Of a stretch of DNA of 64,000 bases, positions 13,963-24,496 are shown in pieces. Source of the stretch: Geosiphon pyriformis uo1 (taxonomy: Eukaryota > Fungi > Glomeromycota). The notes below the pieces were generated by a model. It made no database searches, had not been told where the DNA came from, and saw only the letters and a list, made by a program, of their open reading frames with translations. Where the stretch lies: the NCBI GenBank assembly GCA_016748015.1, contig JAAOMT010000003.1:1244373-1308372 (forward strand), in the 5' to 3' direction. The position numbers were made by a program, and so were the translations under genes. Within the stretch, counting starts at the first letter, position 1, and every line of letters starts with the position of its first letter.

Positions 13963-16900
13963 TTAGATTTGTCTCATTTGTGACAAACCGTTAGCATTTC
14001 CATTGTCTTTTCCTTTTTTGTAATGTATAGTATAATTGTATGATATGAGTGTTATTTTCCATCTTGACTGTCTTCCATCTCCAAATTCTTGTTTTTGGAG
14101 TGATGTTAATCCCTTGTGATCTGTGTATACTTCAAACTTCTGACTCAAGTATTCTTTCTATTTCATGACTGCCCAATATATTGCTAAGTGTTCTTGTTCC
14201 AGCGTTCCATAGTTCTTTTCAGCTGGTGTTAAACCTCTGCTGACATATGCTACTGGATGTTCTCTGCCGTCTGGTCTTTTCTAAGATAATACTGCTTTCA
14301 ATGCTTGGCCGGATGTATCAGTGGTGATGATGAATAGTTTGCTGTGATCTGGATAAATCAGTACTGGAGCTTGAATGAGCTTTCTTTTCAAAATGTCAAA
14401 AGCTTTTTGTTGACTTTCTGCTCATTCATATTTGGTATCCTTGGTTTGCAATTGGTTGAGTGGCTGTGCTATCTTGGAAAAGTTCTTGATAAAATGTTGA
14501 TAGTAGCTGGTAAATCCCAAGAATGATTTCAGTTCTGTCATATTGGTCAGTACTGGAAAGTTCTTTACTATCTCTATTTTCTCTGAATCTGTTTTAATGC
14601 TGTCTTTGCTGACTATGTGTCCCAAGAATTTTAGCTCTGTCTTGTCAAAGAAACACTTTGTTGCATTTAACTTTAGCCCTGTTCTTCTTAGTCTTTCGAA
14701 TACTTATTGAAGATAATGAAGATGATCATCAAATGTTTTTGAGAATACATTGGTGTTGTCCAAGTATACAACTACTGATTTCCACAATAAGCCAGTATAG
14801 ACAATTTCCATTAACCATTAGAAAGTGGCTAGTGCATTGGTTAAACCGAATGGCATTACTTCAAATTCAAAATTCCCTTCTCTCATGGTGAATGCCATCT
14901 TCTCTCTGTTGGCTGGATCCATGGCTACTTGCCAGTAACCACTATTTAAGTCTAACATTGAGAACCATTTGTTTCTGCCAAAAGCATCGAATAATTCCTG
15001 TATCTGTGGAGTTGGATAGCTGTCTCCACAAGTTACACTATTGAGTTTTCTGTAGTCCACACAAAATCAGATCTTTTCATTCTTCTTATGGATGAGTACT
15101 ACTGGTAATGACCATGGGCTTATTGATGGCTGAATTAGCCCATTGTCAAGCATTCGGTTTATTTCTTGACAAATAATCTCATGGCTGGCTGATGGCACTT
15201 TGTATGCTCTTTGTTTAATTGGCATTGTATCTCCAGTCTTGATCTGATGCTGGATGATGTCAGTTCAGCCAAACTCATTTTCGCTGGCAAAGATGTCATT
15301 GAACTGGTTAAGCAACATCTTAAGTTACATATGTTAGAGTGGATCTAAGTTTCTCATGTTTATTTGTTCCAATTGTTTTGGTTGGAGCAAATAACATTCA
15401 CTTAGTCCATATATTGTTTGTGATGTGATATCAACATATCCACAAAGTTGTGGAAAGTCTGGAATGGGGTTTGATGGCTGATCTTCCATTTCAGTGTTTA
15501 AGCATTCAATAATAGTTCTGGCTGGTATTTCTATGACATTTCCTGTATTGTTGTAGATGGGAATTTTGATGTGGCTGTAATCTTTGGCTGGTATGTGGAA
15601 ATTGATGAGTCCAATCTCTCCTGATTTACAAAGACTGACTTCTGCTTCAAAAATTTGTGCTTGGTCTTTTTCCTTCTTTTCTATTGCTAGCATGTACTGG
15701 TTATATGGTGAAATAGAAATAGCTTAACCGATTGAGATAATTTCTTCTTGGCCAACAATTTTTTCCTCCGCCATATTAACTGGTACATCTATTCTACTCG
15801 TTGATCCGAATCTTTGTATTCCTCTCACTGTTATTCCTAATTCCTCCCTTTTTCCCACTGATACTAACTGAGCTACTCTAACCAGAGGCAGGAATATTGC
15901 CTGTGCTATCTTTTCATTGGGCTCTATTATATAGGCCCTTTCTGAATCATTTTGTAGCATAGCAATGATATTTCTCACATATCTCACATCAATTATTCCT
16001 TCTCTTATATTAATCTCTCTTTTTGCTAAACTACTCTTAGATGCTAATTGAACCATTGTTGTTGCTGGAATTTCTAGTGCTATTTTCAAATCAATGCAGG
16101 TGCATGTATATGGTTCCAATTTGATGGTTTCTGTTCCTGGATATCTCAGATCAAATCCTGCATCAGTATCGTGCATGCATTCTGGCATAATACCTTCATT
16201 ATTATCACTGAACCATTTCAGTTTTTGTTCCTTGGTGAGGTCAGGAAGTGCGATATATTGTTCATAGTTTGAGTCAGAGTTTGAATCTGAGTTGATATTG
16301 TTGTCATTGTCATTGCTGTTTTGAACAGAGCTAGAACCATTATTCTCATTGTTGTTGTTGTTGTTGTCGGGGTTTGAATTGGGATTGAGTGGCAATTCTG
16401 ACTCCAATACACAGCTGTTGATTGGTTCTTCCTCTTTGGGGATTGTGTAGATCATGCGTGGTGGTGAATTGTAAATGAGGTCACAATCATCACAATATTC
16501 AAAGTTACTGGGAATTAAACAATGGTGACACAGTCTTGTATTTAACTGTGCTAGCTATTGTTCTTGCTCTTTTCTAGTGGGTGCCAAGTTTTGGTAGTGT
16601 TCCTGGAACTCTTCTGGTTCCAGAAAATTTATGACTGGCTCTGCATCTCAATTGAGCTCGATGGGTTCTGGTGGGTTGTTTTTAATTTCTCTGATCTCTT
16701 CGGGTGTTGCTCCTTCTATTTTGCCGATTGTCATTCTCCAAATTTTGTCATCATTATGTAGACAACTGTCTAGTCGCTGCACAGCTTTTCTCCAGGTGGC
16801 TTTTATGGGTGTTCTTTTCTCAATCCAGTTGCTGATGAGGATCATGTATTGACAGAACATATTGCACGTTCTTCTTCTTTCCGGAATGTTGTTCCACATT

Positions 16901-19900
16901 CCTTTGTTGAGGAGAGTTTCTCCACAGGCTATATATGGTGTATTATCCTATTTTTCCACTCGTTTTGGTCTTCTAAAACATTCGACATGGCATGTGCGGC
17001 AATAGAACTTGGTTGCCATTTGATATTCTTCATCATTGTCACAGCATGTGCCCATTGATGACAATTTCTTGCCACAATCAATGCATATCAGTTTGGGTCA
17101 GCAATAGGTCGATGATTGTTGTTGACTGTAGGTGTATGGGATATAAGTGTTGTTGGCTTGAGTGTTTTCTTCTTCCCTCTTTTTCCCTTTTCTCTTTTCT
17201 TCTTTCCACTCCCAACTTGATGGTTCTTCCTGTTTGTTGTCGGTCCAGATCAAATCATCTGTTTCTCAGGTCAGTTCCTCTTTTTGCTTTCCCTTAGGGT
17301 TGTTATTCTACGAGAATATTGGTGGTAGTTTGTTATGGTCAGCATCAGCCCAGGAGACTTGGTAAGCTTCCTAGGTAGGTTTTTTTTTCTCCTCCTCCAG
17401 TTCGATCAATAGTTTCTCTCTTGGAGGAGTCTTGAAATGGCCACACGTGGCTGGTACACATATGTGTTGGTCTTGATATGTTAGCTGGAGTTCCTGGGTG
17501 TTCTAATCTAATGTCACATTGACTTTGGATAGCCAGTTATTACCAACGAGAGCTTGGTATTGAGTGGCTTTTATCACTAGAACTTTAATGGGAGTCACAA
17601 TACCATTGACTTTGAAAGAGAAGTCGTCAATTTTGCTGATTGGAGTTTTGGTCGCTCCATCAGCTGTGATGATTCTGGCACTGGCAGCTCGATCAACTCG
17701 GTGACCTAATTGATCCATAAGTTGTCGTGTAATGATGTTGCCTGCTGAACTACTGTCAAGAATTAGTTTGATGTGATGGTCATCAATTTTTGCATCAGTG
17801 TATATGGTGGTAATTGACTTTTCTTCCAGTATGGCTCCACTAAATAATAGCATGTTTGACAGTTCCTTGAGTTTGAATGGGAATATAGCAGCCAAAAACT
17901 TGTTTTCAGTGATGGTAGCAGGTGGAATATTACTGGTGAGTGGTTGTTTTTGGGCAAATGCCGGGTTATTGGTTAAGGCATTTTCTGGAGTGACCAAGAG
18001 ACTTAAATAGTTCTGAGAATTCAGGTTTTGGGGATTCTCAGTGCCTGAATTCCATTGATGAGATCCTGTTTGACTGAAGAAGCTGGGAATCAGCTGATAA
18101 ACTACCATCGATGATCTCCAGTTTTGCTGCATGATTCTTGGCCTTTGGACTCCACTGGCCGGTAAGTTTTGTGGTGGGGTCTGAATCATTTGGGGTTGAT
18201 AGATTGTTGGCAGTTGTGATTGATACATTACCTGTGACTGTGGCTAATAAATTGGGGCTGTTGGTTAATAAATTGGAGCTTGATATACTGGTGGCTGATA
18301 AATTGATTGCTGCATCATTGGCAGGTAAGTAGTTTAATATTGTGTTGAGTTTGATTAATGATTCAGAGTTGAGATCTGGTGATTGGGGTTTCAATATTGA
18401 TTTTCCGATCATTGGTTATTTAAATGCTGGTGACAGTCAATTTGGATATGTCCTTGTTTACCACAATAGTGGCAGATATGCATTTCCTGTTGCCATGGTT
18501 GATTGGTCGATGAAGATGGACATAGTTGATTTTGGGCATAATTAGAGTTTCCTTGATTATTGTGTTATTGTGGAGACTGATAAATGGCGTGATTGTCAGC
18601 TAAGTATCCTTCCAATCTCTTATTAATTGATTCACTAAACTTCTCCAATTTGGAATCCAATTCAGATGATCTGTTCATTACTAGATTAATGGCTTGGGCG
18701 TGGTTAGCCTCTGACTCAGCAGATTCAAAATCTCTAATGCGTGTGACTGCGTCTTGAAAGGTGCCTGGGTGTAATGGACATATATGTTGCAAGATGCTGC
18801 TACGCAGGCCATGGATAAACTGGTTGAGTATCTGTGGGACTGTGAAATAGTTGGCGTCAATTGCTTGAATTTGGCGTAGGTTTCAATGGAAGCGTCCCAG
18901 GTAAGTGGTAACCACTTCAGTTTCTCCTTGTTTTATGGTAGTGAATGTATTAACTAGGCAATTGATGTTGTTATTGTTGCTAAAGTATCTTAGAAATTCC
19001 ACTTTGAAGGCATTGAAATCTTGTGGTTTATTAACCAAGCTTTGATATTATGAATCAGCGGTATCCTTGAAAAAGTAGAGAATGGCTTGTATTGCTTGAG
19101 CGTCATTTCATCCATTAGCTGCGATGGCCTTTTCTACATCATTCAGCATACTTGAGTGTCATCCTCTTCACCAGTAAAGTTGTCAAGTTTTGTGATTGGT
19201 GTGTAGGCCATTGGATCTAAGTTAGGTGGTTGTGGTGGCTGTTGAAGCAGTTGTTGTTGTACTGGTTGTTGGGGTGGTAATTGAAGTAGCTGTTATATGG
19301 ATTCAGCTATGAGATTAATTGGCAGTTGATTGATGATGATTACTGGAGGTAAGTTTTGCTGATTAATTAATTCGGAGTTTGGATTGTTCTGCCTTTGATG
19401 ATTCAGAGTTTTGATTTCCGAATTTTCTAGATTTAGATTTTGCTGAATTTGAAAATTCGGGGTTTCAACTTCTGGGTTTTTAGTGATTGGGTGCTGGTAA
19501 ATGAATTCTTGATCCTCTGATTCTTCTTTCTCTTTTTCTGATTCTGCTGCTTCCCATGGATTAGAGATTCCGAAATCTGGTAAAGACGGTGGTGATCGAA
19601 GTCCTAATGGGGTTGATGATTGTAAATTAAATCTCTCAAAGTATTTACTGTATGATCCTAATAATTCTGTTTTCTTTTGTCTACTTTGGAATGGGAATCG
19701 TTCAAATGCTGATGTCACAGTTGATGGAAATGCATCTGTTGATGATATGTTAATGGCACTTCCAGGTGTATAGTGGTAGGATAAGTTGCTTGGGGATTCA
19801 ATTCTGTTTTTCTTCCAAGTAGGTGGCTGTATTTTTCTGGGTGTTACTGCTGGTGTCTGTAGTTTTCCCTTGCCTTTACTAGCGTATATAATTGGATATC

Positions 19901-20192
19901 TTTGTTGAGTGTGGTGTTCAATTTCTTTGTTGATCTCAGTGATGATGGATGTGAAATTATGATTTGTTGGCAGATTGGTGTTTTGAATTAACTCCTTATA
20001 GAAAGTTTCCCTTGCTGATTCAGTATTCACTGGTGTTTCTAATAAAGAGGAAATTTTTTTGTTAATATAGAAGTTGAAGGCTGATTTGGCAGATATATGA
20101 TTGTGGTTTAATCTCAAATATTGACAATAGTGTTGAAATAAGAATTTTGCAAATCCTAAATGGTTTGCTCCTATATTTTCTGATTCTGCCAC
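13963..20192 (-). pseudogene. Gypsy gag-PR-dUTPase-RT-RNase H polyprotein
   Basis: Capsid (KLDNFTGEEDD, IKQGE), CHYCGKQGHIQIDC knuckle (~18435-18480), protease LILDSS, RT DYRKLN/LDLNSGYWQV/MPFGL, RNase H YTDHK/NANGLS. Track fragments 18792 to 13963 share one frame; a 1-nt deletion near 19148 offsets the N-terminal gag part. Start codon uncertain. Confidence 0.9.
15790..16215 (-). other. Trimeric-type dUTPase domain within Gypsy pol
   Basis: Five motifs in order: AGFDL, SKSSLA, GIIDVRYVRNI, EKIAQ, RGIQRFGSTS. Confidence 0.9.
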
Positions 20193-20235
20193 TTTTGAAT
20201 GGTATTTGTTGATGCTGGTTCTCTGTAGAATTATA

Positions 20236-20252
20236 CCTCACAAGGAGCACCA
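20236..20252 (-). other. Primer binding site TGGTGCTCCTTGTGAGG
   Basis: Lies 2 nt inside the 5' LTR and begins TGG (complement of tRNA CCA). Confidence 0.85.
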
Positions 20253-20254
20253 AA

Positions 20255-21143
20255 TATTACAGGTGATATTTCTGCTGTTAAAGTAAATAACAAACCTGTA
20301 ACTTGGTGCTCAAAAGCTACTTCCGGAGATGTGGTTCTGCAAGTGTTGTATCTGAAGGTTTTGATGGAGTCCTTTGTATAATGGACAGAGATTCAATAGT
20401 GTCGATAGTAGAGATATTTTTCCAAGAGTTTTCCCAATTTCTTTCTCAGCATAGTGGCTGGATTTAGTCTGGTAATCATGCCCTTCTGGTAAGCTATCCG
20501 ATAATATATAAAATCTTACCCTTATTTTTGGGTCTTTTACCAGGCTATCCTTGACGTCAATAACTCAGTGCTTAATTTTTTAATCAATTAGTATACAACA
20601 ACAAAATCAAAAAGAAAGAAAATAAAATAAAAAAATTAAAATAAAGAAAATAAAATAATTAAAATAGAGAAAATAAACCAAGGCAATTTGGGATGTTAGT
20701 ATCTCATCAATAGCCATGATTAAGAGCTATTGTTCTAGTGTGGTTAAGTATCAATTACTATCAACATGAAGTGTTGATAGTAGAGAGTGGGTTAAGATAT
20801 GGAATAATTATTTATTTAATGATTGGGAACTGGAATATTGCTTAAATTAAATCTAAACTAAGAGGTCTGTCTTTTCAGCTTCTATTCTGCTGCTATATAT
20901 ACATAATTGAGATTCCTCAATTCCTTGATTCTTCACGACAGGAATCCTGGAATTCCTGGAATCTTACGATTCCTTTGAGAGGAATTCTGGAATCCTGTAA
21001 TTCCTTGTTGGAGAATTCTGAAATTCCTGGAATCCTGCAATTCCTGAGAGGAATTCTGGAATTCCACATTTACTATGCTTACTTCCAATTGGCTAATATC
21101 TACTGACTAATAATACTATATTTTCTATATTCTATGAGTAACA
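20255..21143 (-). repeat. 5' LTR of the Gypsy element
   Basis: tattacaggtg (terminal G>A change) ... tatgagtaaca; direct repeat of 10910-11820. Confidence 0.95.
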
Positions 21144-22055
21144 CCATGCTGTTTTCTGATGTGAAGATAGATCTGATGATCTCTTCAAATTTTAAAGAGA
21201 TAGTGGTCCCTCCAAAACCATTGACTGATGAGAAAATTTTTCTAATGAATTGGGTTTTAGCTGTAGCAGATTTGTTATCTACTACCAAAAAATTAATATC
21301 CAAAGTAAAAAACTTCCTGACTGACACTTCCACTGGGATTTTGATAATTTTTGGATCAATCCACTTTTTTTCAGAGAGATAGACAAATGAGAAAAAAGCA
21401 CAATATCATTATCATCCATAGTAAAATCAGAAGAGTCAAGTGGAGAGCCAAACACTGTACCAGTATTGATACATTTCATCTTGGGAGTGGTTGTAGCTGA
21501 ACCCAAAAGAGACTCACCATTTATACCAGTTATGCCAACATTTTCATTATTACCAAACAGACTATTTACATTAAAATACACACTATTACCAAGCCCAAAT
21601 TTACTTAAAGAGATATCTTTCTCATTACCAGAGTGTTTAACATTTTCAAGAACCACTTTCTTTTTCTGAGTAAAAAAACCACCAACAGGACCATGAAAAG
21701 CACTTTTGGACACCTTTTTTTTTGACATATCACTGCCTAAAGCAGTCTTTAAATTCATAACAAAAGGGTTATTATTTAAAGAAATGTTGAAAAAACTAAC
21801 AAGAAAAAATAAAAAAACTTCTTTTTTAGAAAATGTGCTTTTTGAGAATTTTTGGAAGTAAAAGAGAAAGAAGTTTTTAAAACTAGTAAAAATAAATTGA
21901 AATTTAATATATAAAACAATTTAATTATATATTAATTAAAATTAATTTTGGTAAACATATTATTATTATTATTTAAATAAAAAAAAACTGTTGTTTATAA
22001 TTAAATTTAAATTAGATATTATAATTAATATAATTATTATAAAATTAATATATAT

Positions 22056-22604
22056 TGTTATCTAAGTAAAAAAACTAATTTGAAAGATATTAAAAAAAAC
22101 ATAATTAAAAAATATAATAACTTAGAAAAACATAATAATACAAAATAATACATAATAACATATTATAACTTAAGATAATACAAAATAATATACAATAACA
22201 TAAAATAACTAGTCATAATATAAGATAATTAGTTATAGTATAAAAAAATAAAGCAACAACAGAAATAATAAACAATAGCTAATAATAACAACAAATAATT
22301 GAAAACAATCTTATAAAACTAGAAATATATATAAAAATAAGTGGTTTTAGCAGTAAAAAAAAACAAACAAAAAAACAAACAGATAAAAAATATATTCTTT
22401 TATTCATATTTTTTAAATTTACTTTATTTATATATTTATATTATCTTAAATACAAAAATATTTAAAACCAAAAATCACTTATATATAATCTACAAATTCT
22501 ATATCTAAACCAAATTAATTATTTTCTTGTTTTTGTTTCCAGCCAGATAGCATAGAACTGTTTTGAATAATAATGATTTGGATTAATTGCTTTTAATCAT
22601 AACA
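22056..22604 (+). repeat. Possible eroded LTR of another family
   Basis: TGTTAT...ATAACA inverted termini and internal short repeats, followed by attaacaatacgaa (possible G>A-eroded PBS). No clean TSD. Confidence 0.3.
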
Positions 22605-23670
22605 ATTAACAATACGAATTTTTTTTTTTATTTTTTTTTTATTTTTTTTTATTTTTTATTTTTTTTATTTTTTTTTGTGGAGTGACAATATTGTAAAATT
22701 GACTGTTTAAAAATAAACTTTGTGATAGCCTGGTAAAAAAAAAAGGCTCTTACTAAAATTGGATATTAATGTTATCTTGTTAGCTTACTAAAAAAACAAA
22801 AAAATATTACCAAATTCTAATAATTGTATTCAACTAACTTAGAGAAAATAGCTTACATACTTAAATTACAAACAGCCAAAACACTTTTTTGTACCTTATA
22901 ACCAAAAAACTTTATGAATAAAAATTAGGAAAAAATCTTTAAAGACTAATATTATTAACTCATCTTAAGTATTTAAAATAAAAATTCTTTAAGTTCCCTA
23001 ATTATATTCAAATTTAAAGCACCAAATATTATCTAATATATTACAATCTTACTTGTAACAATATATTAAAAAAACTAATATCTTATTTTTACAAAAAAAA
23101 TAGATTTTAAATAAAAAAATGCTTTAAAAAATAACAAAAAAAATTAATTGCTTTAAATTGAAAAAAAAGTTGTTTTTTTGCTTGTTAGTTTTTTGGTTAT
23201 TTAACCAAATATAATTTTATTGTTAATTTATTATTAAACTTTTTATAATAATAATAATTTAATTTTAATTAGTTGCTTAAATTTTTTAAATAAAAAAAAC
23301 TTCAAAAAAAGTGTTTTTTGACAATAAAAAATTGCTTTAGCAAAATATTATTTATTTATTTCTATTTTAAAAAAGTTTTTTAAATATTATAACTATTAAA
23401 AACAATAAAAAATAGAGTTTGTTTTTTATTTTTTGCTTTAAATATGATTATAAAAATATATAAAAAAAAGTTTTTAATTTATTATATATAAAAGTATTTT
23501 TTTAATATTTTAACAAAATATAATCTAATTATTATAATACAATTATAAAATAAATCTTAAATTAAATATAATTTATGTATTTTCTATATGTAATTAATTA
23601 TTTAAGTTAATTATACAGTAGTTTTATTTGTATTAAATTTAATATAAAGAATCTAAAATTTTTAAAACAC

Positions 23671-24496
23671 TGTTATTCATAGAATATAGGAAGTATATTA
23701 GCATATAAATTAGCCAATTAGAAGTAGTTGTAGTAAATATGGAATTCCAGGATTCCTCTTAAAGGAATTGCAGAATTCCAGGAATTTCAGAATTCTCATA
23801 CAAAAAATTGCAGGATTCCAGAATTCCAGAATTCCTGGTGTGAAGAATTGAGAAATTAAGGAATCTCAATTATGTATATATAGCAGTAGAGTTAGAAGTA
23901 GAAAAAACAGATCTCTCAGTTTAGATTTAATCTAAGTGACCTTCCAATTCACAAATATTAATAAATAATTATTTAATATCTCAATCTACTTTTCACTATT
24001 AACACTTCATATTGATAGTCTTGAATACTTAACCACATTGAAACAATAGCTCTTGATCATGACTATTGACAAAATACTAACTTGTAAACTGCCTTGGCTT
24101 ATTTTTTTAATTTTTTTAATTTTTCTTCTTTATTTTCTTTTATTTTTTTTTGATTTCTTTTTATTACTAACTCGATTAAGAGGATTAACACACAGAGATA
24201 CTGATGTCAGAATATAGCACTGATAAAAGACCCAAAAATAAGGGTAAATACTTGGAATTGAGAATATCTTACGAAAAGGATTACCAGTCATTATATTGAG
24301 AAAGAAATTGATGAAACTGCAGTTTTGGGAAGCTACAGATAAAACTATCAGTTAAATCTCTGTCTATTATACAAAAAACTCTACAACAACATCTTCAGAT
24401 CAACCTAATCTTCAGATATTAATACCAGAATATAAATCAAGCACCAAGTTATGGGTTTGTTATTTGATTTGAGACCCCAAATAATCAACTATAACA
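23671..24496 (+). mobile_element. Solo LTR related to the Gypsy LTRs, opposite orientation
   Basis: Reverse-complement similarity to 10910-11820 (tgttattcatagaatatagg ... aactataaca), same ggaattcc repeats, 4-bp TSD acac/acat. Confidence 0.88.

Larger units (their letters stand above)
10910..21143 (-). mobile_element. Ty3/Gypsy LTR retrotransposon (gag-PR-Cys-rich insert-dUTPase-RT-RNase H; separate integrase ORF; ORF3)
   Basis: Paired ~0.9 kb LTRs with TGTTAC...GTAACA ends, PBS, PPT, 4-bp TSD (ttat left / ccat right), domain order PR-RT-RH-IN. Confidence 0.95.
9647..21758 (-). pseudogene. LINE A ORF1 (RRM-like plus CCHC knuckle), split into 21758..21144 and 10909..9647 by the Gypsy insertion
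   Basis: CKKCGHFGHFALKC knuckle; similar to ORF1 of LINE B (46772-48622); removing the insert restores ...TSENSMEKAV... Confidence 0.85.
4846..21873 (-). mobile_element. Full-length degenerate non-LTR retrotransposon (LINE A, ~6.8 kb without the insert), interrupted by the Gypsy element
   Basis: 14-bp TSD TTTTTAAAACTAGT at 4832-4845 and 21874-21887. T-run (poly-A tail) at ~4847-4854. 3' motif caagtgaagtccaa is shared with LINEs B/C and 5' terminus gagaaagaag with LINE B. APE, RT, RNase H and CCHC fragments appear in the ORF track. Confidence 0.93.

Noticed and set aside
18038-18412. 124-aa ORF overlapping the protease ORF, suggesting a programmed gag-pol frameshift
   Set aside because: Capsid, knuckle and protease already share one frame, broken only by CAA/CGA-derived stops; this is an alternative-frame shadow
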